From: Promethearchaeota archaeon
GTDB lineage: Archaea > Asgardarchaeota > Lokiarchaeia > Sigyniarchaeales > SOKP01
Length of the DNA: 64,000 nucleotides
Assembly: GCA_048940445.1 (NCBI GenBank)
Contig: JBHLON010000004.1
Coordinates: forward strand, 11,466-75,465
Direction of reading: 5' to 3'
Position numbers and translations under genes: made by a program. The notes beneath the pieces are model-generated. The model was not told the origin of the DNA and searched no databases. It saw only the letters and a program-made list of their open reading frames with translations. Shown in pieces: positions 50,174 through 60,013 of the stretch (its first letter is position 1; each line of letters begins with the position of its first letter).

Positions 50174-51604
50174 ATGGAAAAACATAATCTTATTTTTACT
50201 TTTAGCGGAATTCGGGGAATCGTTAAAAAGGATTTTAGTTACAAACTGGCTAAAAAAATAGGTGTAGCATTTGGATTATTCCTTCACGCAACTGATAAAA
50301 GAGTAATTATAGGTAGAGATTCTCGACCAAGCGGAGAAGAAATTGAGAAAGGTATTATTGAGGGATTAATATCAGTAGGATATAATATCATTAAGGTGGG
50401 TATTTGTCCCTCACCCGTAATTATCCATGCTAAGAAAAATCTAAGAGTTCCTGCGGGTATAATAATAACAGGATCTCATAATCCACAAGAATGGAATGGC
50501 CTAAAACTGCTATCGGGTCATTCTTTTTTAAGTAATATAGAATTAGAACAAATAAGTAAAAATATAAATCAAAATGATTTAGTTGATCCAAAAATCAATT
50601 TTGAAAACCTACAAAATAATATCGTCGAATTAAATCCTATTCCTGATTATATTACACAGTTGTATGAAAATATAGATTATAATAAAGTTAAGGATAATAA
50701 TAATTTACGAGTAGTGGTTGATACTGGAGCAGGTGCAGGTAAATATGTCACTCCTCAGATTCTTGAAGGGCTAGGGTGTAAAGTGAAAATTATAAATAAC
50801 GAGTTTCTGATTAACCAAGTTTTTCCAAGAGAGATTGAACCTATAGCACAAAATCTCCGTGATTTAATAATGGAAGTATGGCAAGGAAAATATGACATTG
50901 GTTTTGCACACGACTCTGATGCCGATAGATTAGCATTAATAGGAGACACTGGTATTTGTTATCCCGAAGATGTAGGATTAGCTATAATAGCAGATTATTA
51001 TCTAAAAAATTTCAGTCTTCAATATGAGAAAGCGATATTTGTTACTAACTTAGCATCCTCACTTATGTTTGAAGTTTTAGCCAAGAAGTATAATGTTCAA
51101 ATAATAAGGACTCCAATAGGAGAAAAATTTCTAATGGAAGAGATTAATAAAATAAGACAAAACAACGAAAATTGTTTAATTTTAGGAGGAGAGGGTTCTT
51201 GTGGAGGTATAATGTTGCCAAGTTTCAATAATACCCGAGACGGAATTTTTGCAGCAGCTAAAATTGTTGAGATTTTAGTTTTAACTCAGCAAAGAATATC
51301 AACATTAGTTTCTCAGCTTCCAAAATATTTTTCATATAGGAGAAGTATCGCAATTAAAAATGGTGATGTATCCAAAATAATTAATGGTATTAAAAACGAA
51401 TTAAGTGATGAGGGCGAAAAAGTTATCAAGGTCAATAATGATTTAAGATTTGGTGAAGGAATTGAGTGGTTTGTATTAATTCATCCCTCTAATACTGAAC
51501 CTATAATTAGGGTTATTAGTGAAGCAAAGACTGATTCTGCAGCCAGAATGTATTGTGAAGTTACAGCAGAATTAGTAAAATTAGTAATAGCAAGTTTAAT
51601 CTAA
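50174..51604 (+). CDS. Phosphohexomutase (phosphoglucomutase/phosphomannomutase/GlmM family)
   Basis: Active-site ITGSHNP, Mg site HDSDADRL, sugar-binding GGEGSCG. Confidence 0.85.
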   Translation: MEKHNLIFTFSGIRGIVKKDFSYKLAKKIGVAFGLFLHATDKRVIIGRDSRPSGEEIEKGIIEGLISVGYNIIKVGICPSPVIIHAKKNLRVPAGIIITGSHNPQEWNGLKLLSGHSFLSNIELEQISKNINQNDLVDPKINFENLQNNIVELNPIPDYITQLYENIDYNKVKDNNNLRVVVDTGAGAGKYVTPQILEGLGCKVKIINNEFLINQVFPREIEPIAQNLRDLIMEVWQGKYDIGFAHDSDADRLALIGDTGICYPEDVGLAIIADYYLKNFSLQYEKAIFVTNLASSLMFEVLAKKYNVQIIRTPIGEKFLMEEINKIRQNNENCLILGGEGSCGGIMLPSFNNTRDGIFAAAKIVEILVLTQQRISTLVSQLPKYFSYRRSIAIKNGDVSKIINGIKNELSDEGEKVIKVNNDLRFGEGIEWFVLIHPSNTEPIIRVISEAKTDSAARMYCEVTAELVKLVIASLI

Positions 51605-52049
51605 ATTTTTTATTAGAGATTTTCCTTCCCATTTATTTCCCATTCTTTTTTAACACTGGAGTCAATATAACAGTAAATTTATAAATTATTATATAATAAT
51701 TAAATATATTAAAATTTTAGTTGATTTTTCCATGGTAATAAAAGTAAGAATAAGGATGTGGATTAAAGAGATACAAAATATAGTCCATAGTCCGCGTGTT
51801 TATTCGATTACAGCCATGATCACCAATTTATTAGGGTTTATAATCTCCATTCCTATTAAATTACGCTTTTAATATAATCAACAATCTTAGACTCTTACTC
51901 TTTTGATTTTTATCTTTCTCACTAACAAGTTTTCTTAGAATTCTCTACTAATTCTTTTTTTCGCAAATTCTCCTAGATTATGCCATTAAAATTTCAAAAT
52001 CAATGAAATTTTTGATATTTTAAAGTCCAAATTATAGTTATAAATAGTA

Positions 52050-53315
52050 TTGGTGGAAAAAATGTCAGTATTAAAAAGGCTGTTAAAAAAACAGCTCCAG
52101 TGGCCTCAAAAAGAGGAATTCAGGTTAAATCAATCTAATTTAGGTCAATGGAAGTTGAATATATGGAAGTCTTATTCATTTCATTTTTTTATGGGGTTTC
52201 ACTTCATTTCAGGAGTACTATTGCCTTTTTTCATGACTTGGGGAAAATTAACTTTCATAGAAGTTATGTTCCTTGAAAGTTATTTTACAATGATGATTTT
52301 GGTTTTTGAGATACCCTGTGGTGCTATAGCAGATTATTTGAGTAGAAAACTTTCTTTGACAATGGGAGCAATTTTTTCAGCCTTGGCAGCATTAATTTAT
52401 GGATGTTATCCACACATAGTTATTTTTGGCGTTGGTGAAACTTTATGGGCTTTAGGAGCTGCTTTAATGTCAGGTTCTGATCAAGCTTTTATCTATGATA
52501 CTCTAAAAAAATTAGGGCAGGAAAATAAAATATCAAATGTAATGGCTAGAAATAAAAGTTCTATGCTATTAGGTATTACAATTTCAGCACCTATAGGTTC
52601 AATTATAGCTTCTTCATTATCAATTAATTTAGTGATGACATTTATGGCTATACCATTCTTTATGGCAACATTAATATCAATGACTATGAAAGAACCGTTT
52701 TACGAAAATATTAAGAAGAAATCTAAGAGTTATTTGAGTATAGTAAAAGATGGATTACTAGAACTTAAGAATAACAAAATTCTAAGATTATTAGCTCTAG
52801 AAATGGTTATAACCGAATCTATGGTATTCTTCTTAATATGGACCTATCAAATATATCTTAAAGCTTTAGACGTTCAAATTCTATACTATGGGTTTATAAG
52901 CGCTTCTATGACAATAATACAAGTAATTTTCACTAATCTAATTCCTACTCTTGAAAATAAAATCAATAATAAACGGAGACTTTTGCGATTATTCACAATT
53001 ATACCCGGAATTGGGTTTATAAGTATAGCATTAATTTCCTTTGCTCCAGTTAGCATCTTATTAATTCTTTTGATAGTAGGATTTGGGTTTTCACGTAGTA
53101 TTATTTTTATAAAAGGTATAAATAAACAAATTGAAACAGAAAACAGAGCAACAGTTATAAGTGCTATTAGTATGATTGCAAGCCTTCTAAGAACTATTTT
53201 ATATCCTCTTATAGGATATATTATAACTTGGAATTTAAGTTTTGGCTTGATTCTTCTTGGAAGCGTAATAATATTAGCTGCTATACTTTCACGAATTAAG
53301 AGTGAAGATTTATAG
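52050..53315 (+). CDS. MFS-type transporter
   Basis: 421 aa, about 12 hydrophobic helices in two halves. Likely start is ATG 52062. Confidence 0.6.
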   Translation: MVEKMSVLKRLLKKQLQWPQKEEFRLNQSNLGQWKLNIWKSYSFHFFMGFHFISGVLLPFFMTWGKLTFIEVMFLESYFTMMILVFEIPCGAIADYLSRKLSLTMGAIFSALAALIYGCYPHIVIFGVGETLWALGAALMSGSDQAFIYDTLKKLGQENKISNVMARNKSSMLLGITISAPIGSIIASSLSINLVMTFMAIPFFMATLISMTMKEPFYENIKKKSKSYLSIVKDGLLELKNNKILRLLALEMVITESMVFFLIWTYQIYLKALDVQILYYGFISASMTIIQVIFTNLIPTLENKINNKRRLLRLFTIIPGIGFISIALISFAPVSILLILLIVGFGFSRSIIFIKGINKQIETENRATVISAISMIASLLRTILYPLIGYIITWNLSFGLILLGSVIILAAILSRIKSEDL

Positions 53316-53331
53316 TATAAAAAATTTTTTT

Positions 53332-55176
53332 TTACTTATTTAATTCATCTAATATTACTTTAGCTAACTTCTTTCCCACAATCTTTGATAGTTCTTCAAA
53401 GGTTGCTTTTCTGATATCTTCAACTGATCCAAAAAATTTTAATAATTTATTTCTAGTTGAAGGTCCAACCCCTTTAATATCGTCTAAAATTGATCTCTTT
53501 ATACTCTTTTTTCTTTGCTTTTTATGTAATCTTATAGCAAAACGATGAGCCTCATCTCGTACTTGTTGAAATAGTTTTAAAGCTAATGACTCGCTAGGAA
53601 GAAGAATTGGGTTCCTTTTATTAGGAATGTAAACTTCTTCTAGCCTTTTTGCTAATCCTAAGATTGGAATTTCTTCAATTCCTAATTCTTTTAAAACTAT
53701 TTGGCCTGCGTTTAATTGCCCCTTTCCACCATCAACAAGAATTAAATCCGGTAATTCTAAATTTCGCTCTAATAGCATATTATACCTTCGTTTCATAACT
53801 TCCTTCATCATTGCTACATCATCAGGTGTGGATTTACTCTTAATATTGTAATGACGGTAAAACCTTTTATAAGGTCTTCCATTCAAAAAGTAAACCATGG
53901 ATCCTGTTGCATTAGTTCCTTGTATATTTGAAATATCAAACCCTTCGATAATTCTAGGGGCTTCAGATAAACCCAAAACTTCTTTGACTTCACTAAGAGC
54001 TGAATCTATTAAATTTTGATCTTTATTTTTTATCTCTTCCATTTGAATTTCTTGTTGAACTAACACTTTAGCATTTTTTTCTGCTATTCTCATTAACCCA
54101 TATTCTTGTTCAAAAGGGAGTCTAATCTGAATGTTTTTCTTGTAATCTCTAAGTAGTGCTATGAATATTTCAATAGCTTTGTATTGTTCTGGTATCACAA
54201 TAATGTCTGGTAAATTTTTTATGGTATCTTGGTAAAACTGCTCCATTATTAAAGGGAATATATCTTCCTTTTCAAAAATCTTATCTTTTAAGTTAAAATT
54301 GAAAGAACTTTTATTTGTTATCTTTCCATCACGTATGTGAATTATAATCATAGCAAAATAATTTTGATTTTCATCATTATGATACCCAATAATATCTTTA
54401 TTTTCCTTATTATTAAGGAGAACGCTCTGATCAGTTGTGGAGTTTTCTATTGCTTGTAATTTATCTCTCCAAAAAGCTGCATTTTCAAAGTTTAACTTTT
54501 GAGAAGCTTTATTCATTTTACTTTTAATTTGCCTTTGGAGATCATCAGTTTCTCCTTTAAGGAATAATTCAATATTTTTTATATTCTCTAAATATAGTTC
54601 CTTGGTAATAGCGTTTATACATGGGCCTGGACATAATTTAATTTGGTAGTATAAACACGGTCGTTCTCTTATTTTTACTTTTTTTTTGCAAGAACAATAA
54701 GGAAATAATTTTCTTAAATCGCGTAAAATCCTAATTATTTCTTTTTTGTCAGTATAAGGCCCTAAAAATAGATTTTTTTGGGAATATTTTTCGGGACCTC
54801 TTATTACTCTAATTCTAGGGTATTCCTCAGAATAAAAAATCGCTACCCAGGGATAAGATTTTGAATCCCGCATGATGACATTATATCTGGGTTGAAATTT
54901 CTTGATCTGAATATTTTCAAGAATATATGCCTCCTTTTCATTCTCAGTTACAATATATTCAATTGAATTTACTTTTTGGATTAAATCTTTGATCTTTTCT
55001 TGGTAATAGGGGTCATTGTAAGTTGATTTTGAAAAATATTGATTAACTCTTTTTCGAAGATTAGCAGCTTTACCAATATAGAGAGGTGTTTTATCTTTAT
55101 TAGTGAATATGTAAATTCCCGGTTCATTAGGTAAACTTTTTCTTTGAAGTTCTAAATCTTTCATGAAATTAGTCAT
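53332..55176 (-). CDS. uvrC: Excinuclease ABC subunit C
   Basis: N-terminal GIY-YIG (GIYIFTNKDKTPLYIGKAANLRKRVNQYF), central UvrC region, C-terminal (HhH)2 (IKGVGPSTRNKLLKFFGSVEDI). Confidence 0.9.
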   Translation of the reverse strand: MTNFMKDLELQRKSLPNEPGIYIFTNKDKTPLYIGKAANLRKRVNQYFSKSTYNDPYYQEKIKDLIQKVNSIEYIVTENEKEAYILENIQIKKFQPRYNVIMRDSKSYPWVAIFYSEEYPRIRVIRGPEKYSQKNLFLGPYTDKKEIIRILRDLRKLFPYCSCKKKVKIRERPCLYYQIKLCPGPCINAITKELYLENIKNIELFLKGETDDLQRQIKSKMNKASQKLNFENAAFWRDKLQAIENSTTDQSVLLNNKENKDIIGYHNDENQNYFAMIIIHIRDGKITNKSSFNFNLKDKIFEKEDIFPLIMEQFYQDTIKNLPDIIVIPEQYKAIEIFIALLRDYKKNIQIRLPFEQEYGLMRIAEKNAKVLVQQEIQMEEIKNKDQNLIDSALSEVKEVLGLSEAPRIIEGFDISNIQGTNATGSMVYFLNGRPYKRFYRHYNIKSKSTPDDVAMMKEVMKRRYNMLLERNLELPDLILVDGGKGQLNAGQIVLKELGIEEIPILGLAKRLEEVYIPNKRNPILLPSESLALKLFQQVRDEAHRFAIRLHKKQRKKSIKRSILDDIKGVGPSTRNKLLKFFGSVEDIRKATFEELSKIVGKKLAKVILDELNK

Positions 55177-55348
55177 ATATTTTTCTGTTACTTTCTGAAT
55201 TCACGATAATTCACTTAACCTAAAAAGTTACTGATTCAGTATAAATAGTTATAGGGACTAAAAGTTATTTACTATTATGAATTATAGCTAACTATAAATT
55301 ATACCAATTAAAATATTTTTATCAGATGAAAAAGACAAGTTTATAAAA

Positions 55349-55534
55349 ATGGTAAAAATTAGATTATGCCCAAAATGTAAAAAACCGAAACTTAAGAATG
55401 CTACTAACGTTTCAGGTTGGTTAGCACCTGATATGTACGAATGTACTAATTGTAAATATATTGGATATTTCTATTTGGAAGTTGATTCGGATGATTATGA
55501 ATCTGAAGATGAAGAAGAAAAAAAATCAATCTAA
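55349..55534 (+). CDS. Small zinc-ribbon protein with acidic tail
   Basis: CPKC...CTNC, then DSDDYESEDEEE; 61 aa. Confidence 0.45.
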   Translation: MVKIRLCPKCKKPKLKNATNVSGWLAPDMYECTNCKYIGYFYLEVDSDDYESEDEEEKKSI

Positions 55535-55599
55535 TTTTTTATCTTATATTATTATAAAACGTTTGTTTTATCTTCATTTGAAAAATCAAGGTCATAGAA

Positions 55600-56541
55600 A
55601 TGAAAGAATTATTAAAAGATGCCGCAAAAATTAAATCCTTAGAAATACAAGGGGCATTGAATGTTGCAGTGAGTGCTATTAGCTTCCTGCATAATTATGC
55701 TTATAGAATTGGGAGAGATCTTAGCATAGATGAGCTAGTTGATAAGCTTCAAGAGGCTAAAGATATTTTATTAGAAACCAGAGCTACAGAACCAGCTATG
55801 AGCAATGGTCTTAATTATCTTATGAATAAAATAGAAAAGGAGAAAAAATCACTTTCAATGAATAAATTATTAGAATTAATCTCTCATTGCAAAGATGAAT
55901 ATAAAATGATGCTCCAAACAGCAAAAATGAAAATAGCAGAAATTGGCGCAAGAAGATTTCCAGATATAGAAACTGATGAAAACTTTATTGTTATGACACA
56001 TTGTCATTCGTCTGTTGTAACCGCCATTCTTATAGAAGCAAAGAGACAAGGAAAGGAATTTAAAGTTATAAATACTGAAACTCAACCAAGGTTGCAAGGA
56101 AGAAAAACAGCTAAAGAACTTTTGGATGCTGGAATTGATGTTATTCACGTTGTGGATAGTGCAATGCGATGGGCAGTCAATCATTTTGAGGTTGATCTAA
56201 TTTTAATTGGAGCAGATAGTATTACTAGTGAAGGTACAGTATTAAACAAAATTGGTTCACGATTATTAGCTCTTGTAGCCCACGAAGAACATGTCCCTTT
56301 TTATGTCGCATCACCCCTATTAAAGTATAACCCACAAACATCGTTTGGCATATTGGAGAAAATAGAGATGCGTGATCCAGAGGAAATTTGGGAAAATGCT
56401 CCTAAAGGCCTTACTATAATAAATCCAGCATTTGAAACTGTAAGTAGGAGATACATTGACGGTTTACTAACAGAGGCTGGTTTATTTGCTTCAAGTCATG
56501 TTCATTATTATTTTACTCAATTATATCCAGAATTAATATGA
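55600..56541 (+). CDS. eIF2B-alpha/beta/delta-like family; candidate ribose-1,5-bisphosphate isomerase
   Basis: Family-typical TRATEPAM, THCHSS, LIGADSITSEGTVLNKIGS. Lies 10 nt upstream of RuBisCO on the same strand. Confidence 0.65.
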   Translation: MKELLKDAAKIKSLEIQGALNVAVSAISFLHNYAYRIGRDLSIDELVDKLQEAKDILLETRATEPAMSNGLNYLMNKIEKEKKSLSMNKLLELISHCKDEYKMMLQTAKMKIAEIGARRFPDIETDENFIVMTHCHSSVVTAILIEAKRQGKEFKVINTETQPRLQGRKTAKELLDAGIDVIHVVDSAMRWAVNHFEVDLILIGADSITSEGTVLNKIGSRLLALVAHEEHVPFYVASPLLKYNPQTSFGILEKIEMRDPEEIWENAPKGLTIINPAFETVSRRYIDGLLTEAGLFASSHVHYYFTQLYPELI

Positions 56542-56551
56542 AGTGAATTAA

Positions 56552-57826
56552 ATGAAATATGAGGATTTTTTGGATCTAGAATATATTCCTAATGATGATG
56601 ATCTTATATGTCTATTTAAAATTAAGCCCGCAATAGGATTCAAACTAGAAAAAGCGGCTATTAGGGTCGCTGCAGAAAGTAGTAACGGAACATGGACCAC
56701 TCTAAAGATTCCAGATCATATCACTCAATTAAGCGCTAAAGTTTATCATATAAACGGAGATTATGTTAAAATTGCGTATCCAAATGATTTATTTGAAGAG
56801 GGAAATATGCCTCAAATCTTAAGTTCTATAGCAGGGAATGTATTTGGGATGAAGGCATTAGAAGGACTAAGACTTGTTGATGTAAAATGGCCACTAAACA
56901 TCTTAAAATCCTTTAAAGGGCCTCAATTTGGTATTAATGGAATAAGAAAAATTTTAGATATTGATAAACGTCCTATAACGGCAACGGTTCCAAAACCTAA
57001 AGTTGGCTATTATGCTGAAGAACACGCTCAACAGGGGTATGACATTTGGCTAGGTGGCGTAGATCTTCTTAAGGATGATGAAAATTTATCTAATCAGAAG
57101 TTTAATAAATTTAAAGAAAGACTTGAATTATGCATGAAAATGAGAGATAAGGCTGAAAATGAAACCGGAGAACGTAAAAGTTATTTAATAAATATAACTG
57201 CTGAAGTAGAAGAAATGAAGAAACGTGCTCAATTAACAAAGGATTATGGGAATGAATATGTAATGGTGGATATTTTTACTACGGGATGGGCATCTATACA
57301 AACAATTAGGAATGTTTGCGATGAGTTAGAATTAGCAATACATGCTCATCGAGCCTTTCATGCCGCATTTGATCGTAATCCGGATCATGGTATCTCTATG
57401 AAAGTTCTTGCTGAAATTGCTAGAATGCAAGGTGTTGATCAACTCCATATTGGAGGACTGGGAAAGTTGGCAGGAGGAAGAACAGAGGTCAAAGATAACT
57501 ATATAAAATGCTATTCCGAATTTAATAAAGATGGATTTGAAATGCTTGAACAAAATTGGTATGGGATAAAACCCGTGTTTGGAGTTTGCTCTGGAGGTTT
57601 ACATCCTGGGATAATGCATAGATTGATGGAACTTTTGTCAACTGATATCGTTGTACAAGCAGGAGGAGGTGTCTTAGGTCATCCAGGAGGTACTGAAAAT
57701 GGTGCAAAGGCATTAAGACAATCTATTGATGCATATATGAAAGGATTCACCCTAGATGATTATGCTAAAAGTCATCCAGAGTTAGCAGAAGCACTAAAAC
57801 TTTGGAGTAATAAAACCCCTATTTAA
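56552..57826 (+). CDS. rbcL: RuBisCO large subunit, form III-like
   Basis: PKPKVG, GGVDLLKDDENL (carbamylated Lys context), HAHRAFHAAF, SGGLHPG, GGGVLGHPGG; 424 aa. Confidence 0.88.
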   Translation: MKYEDFLDLEYIPNDDDLICLFKIKPAIGFKLEKAAIRVAAESSNGTWTTLKIPDHITQLSAKVYHINGDYVKIAYPNDLFEEGNMPQILSSIAGNVFGMKALEGLRLVDVKWPLNILKSFKGPQFGINGIRKILDIDKRPITATVPKPKVGYYAEEHAQQGYDIWLGGVDLLKDDENLSNQKFNKFKERLELCMKMRDKAENETGERKSYLINITAEVEEMKKRAQLTKDYGNEYVMVDIFTTGWASIQTIRNVCDELELAIHAHRAFHAAFDRNPDHGISMKVLAEIARMQGVDQLHIGGLGKLAGGRTEVKDNYIKCYSEFNKDGFEMLEQNWYGIKPVFGVCSGGLHPGIMHRLMELLSTDIVVQAGGGVLGHPGGTENGAKALRQSIDAYMKGFTLDDYAKSHPELAEALKLWSNKTPI

Positions 57827-57929
57827 TTAGAATTATAACCCTTTATCCATGAGTGAATTTTTAATCCTAGTTTATTAAAAAGAAAAAAATTTTATATTTT
57901 CATATATTCTTCTATTAAGTGATTAAACC

Positions 57930-58253
57930 ATGAGTAAAACTGAAACTAAACAAATAATTATAGATGTAAAAGAGTTAATTTTAGCTCCAAAAGTTGGTAA
58001 AGAACAAAATGCAGAAGATTTACTACGATTTATGGTCGAACAATTACCCCAAATTGAAATTAATCGTAATGGAAATAATCTTGAAGTTAAAATGCCTAAA
58101 CAGATGTCCAAAAGGGTTGTAAGATTAAGAATCAAGAAATTCCTACATCAAAAAAATCTTTTTAATGAATTTAGACCTATTTTATATAAGAGCCATGAAT
58201 TAGAAGGATATATCATAAAAAAGAGAAAAATGTTGGAATTATCCTATTATTAA
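57930..58253 (+). CDS. rpl22e: Ribosomal protein eL22-like
   Basis: MSKRVVRLRIKKFLHQKNLFNEFRPIL aligns by eye with the eukaryotic eL22 core [27 protein letters not shown]; 107 aa. Confidence 0.5.
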   Translation: MSKTETKQIIIDVKELILAPKVGKEQNAEDLLRFMVEQLPQIEINRNGNNLEVKMPKQMSKRVVRLRIKKFLHQKNLFNEFRPILYKSHELEGYIIKKRKMLELSYY

Positions 58254-58294
58254 TTGAAGATAATTTTTATTAAATTGAAATTTCTATTTTAAAT

Positions 58295-59257
58295 GTGAAT
58301 TTAGAAGAAATTAAAATTAGATCTATTAATGATATAACTACTTGTATAAATTTAGCAAGTTCCTTAGAAATAGGAGGATGGCCAAAACCTGGAAATGTTC
58401 ATAGGACAAAAAATTTCAATAAGACTCGATATGAACATTTTCTTTCTGGAATTGCCGCTATACAACCAATTTTTCGACGATTCTGTATTAGAATAGTTAA
58501 TAAAACTAATGACAACGTTCAAAATTATTCTTTTGTGGAATTAGGCAAATTTTTTAAAGTTGCAGTTAAAGCAATGATGAAATGGCAATCTGGTGGCAAT
58601 ATCTTACTTGGTCATATTCTCATTTTAGCACCTCTCAGTGCAGCAGTTTGTATTTGTAAAAAACTTAATAAATTTTCATTAAAAGATTTTAAAACTATCC
58701 TTCAAAACATTATAAGAGATTCAACAGTTAAAGATACTGTAAATCTTTATCAAGCTATAAAATTATGTCGCCCTGGAGGATTAGGTAAAATTGCAAAATA
58801 TGATCTTACTGAAAATAATTCTATTAGCGAAATTCAAAAAGATAATATAACTTTAAAAGAAATTTTTCAATTATCAAGAGATTATGACTTAATCAGTTCT
58901 GAGTATACAACAGGATTTCAAATAATTTTAAATGAGGGGCTCCCGTATTTCATGGAGCATTTTAATAAACATAATGATATAAATGTTGCTATAGTAAACA
59001 CTTATTTAAATTTTCTTAGTAATCATCCGGACACGTTAATAATTAGAAAATCTGGCAGAGGTGCGGCATACTTTGTCTCTCAGGCAGCCTCTAAAGTAGT
59101 TCATCAGGGGGGAATTTCCACAAAGAAAGGATTGCGCTTAGCTATAAAACTTGATAATAAACTTCATAAAGCTAAAGGAAAATTGAATCCTGGTACAACT
59201 GCAGATCTTATTGCGGGTGTGATATTCTCTGCTTTGATATTTGGTTTAAAGTTTTAG
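58295..59257 (+). CDS. CitG/MdcB-family triphosphoribosyl-dephospho-CoA synthase-like protein
   Basis: PKPGNVHR, GGNILLGHILILAPL, DTLIIRKSG, NPGTTADLIA parallel the CitG motifs. Confidence 0.65.
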   Translation: MNLEEIKIRSINDITTCINLASSLEIGGWPKPGNVHRTKNFNKTRYEHFLSGIAAIQPIFRRFCIRIVNKTNDNVQNYSFVELGKFFKVAVKAMMKWQSGGNILLGHILILAPLSAAVCICKKLNKFSLKDFKTILQNIIRDSTVKDTVNLYQAIKLCRPGGLGKIAKYDLTENNSISEIQKDNITLKEIFQLSRDYDLISSEYTTGFQIILNEGLPYFMEHFNKHNDINVAIVNTYLNFLSNHPDTLIIRKSGRGAAYFVSQAASKVVHQGGISTKKGLRLAIKLDNKLHKAKGKLNPGTTADLIAGVIFSALIFGLKF

Positions 59258-59341
59258 AAAAAGGAAAAATTTTTGATTAAAGGATAATAAATTAAAACTG
59301 AGACAATAATTATTTTAACAATTATTTAGCTGGTAGCTTTT

Positions 59342-59692
59342 ATGGAATTTTGTGATGAGTGCGGTAGCATAATGCTACCTTCGGTAGTTGATGGAATAAA
59401 AGTTTTTAAATGTAAGTGTGGCGCAATAAAACCATTTTCAGAGGAAAAATCTGAATCCTATAAGGTTAACACTAAAATCACACATCCTATTCGAGAAGAA
59501 GTTACAAACCTAGCAGAAGTAATGGATTGGAAGGAAAAAAATCTTAGAAGTTCTATAAAGAATTTCAAATGCTCACGTTGTGGTTATACAAAAGCACATC
59601 TAGAAACAAGGCAAACACGGAGAGCAGATGAGGGTATGACTCATTTTATCACTTGTCTTAAGTGTGGCAAAATGAAAAAAATTGGTAGTTAA
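59342..59692 (+). CDS. tfs: Transcription factor S / RNAP subunit M-type zinc-ribbon protein
   Basis: N-terminal CDECG...CKCG. C-terminal TFIIS-type ribbon CSRCG...QTRRADEGMTHFITCLKCG with the acidic DE hairpin. Confidence 0.85.
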   Translation: MEFCDECGSIMLPSVVDGIKVFKCKCGAIKPFSEEKSESYKVNTKITHPIREEVTNLAEVMDWKEKNLRSSIKNFKCSRCGYTKAHLETRQTRRADEGMTHFITCLKCGKMKKIGS

Positions 59693-59695
59693 GCT

Positions 59696-59998
59696 TTAAT
59701 TTAATAATTTGTCCAAAATCTCTTTTTCTTCTACTTCTTTATTAAAGTTAACTTGAATCACTTTATTGATACTCCTTAGACCAGACTTGAATTGAATTTG
59801 TTCAGCATTTATTTTAAGGTGCCTTTTTAGTAATTGAATTAACTCTTTATTTGCTTTATTTTGAATAGGTTTGGATTTTAAACTAATTCTAATAAAGTCA
59901 AAATCGTTATCTATTTTAATTTCTTGAGCCTTTGAATTAGGTTTTACCTTAATTCTTAGGATAAAAATGTTATTTAATTTTTTCTCAATTATTTTCAT
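59696..59998 (-). CDS. DUF167/YggU-family protein
   Basis: RIKVKPNSK...IRISLKSKPIQNKANKELIQLL pattern; 100 aa. Confidence 0.65.
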   Translation of the reverse strand: MKIIEKKLNNIFILRIKVKPNSKAQEIKIDNDFDFIRISLKSKPIQNKANKELIQLLKRHLKINAEQIQFKSGLRSINKVIQVNFNKEVEEKEILDKLLN

Positions 59999-60013
59999 AT
60001 CGAAAAGTCTATT

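Noticed and set aside
51732-51872. 46-codon ORF (MVIKVRIRMWIKEIQNIVHSPRVYSITAMITNLLGFIISIPIKLRF) in the 445-nt gap before the MFS gene
   Set aside because: It is short, has no recognisable motif and no obvious promoter spacing. It cannot be distinguished from a chance ORF without conservation or expression data.
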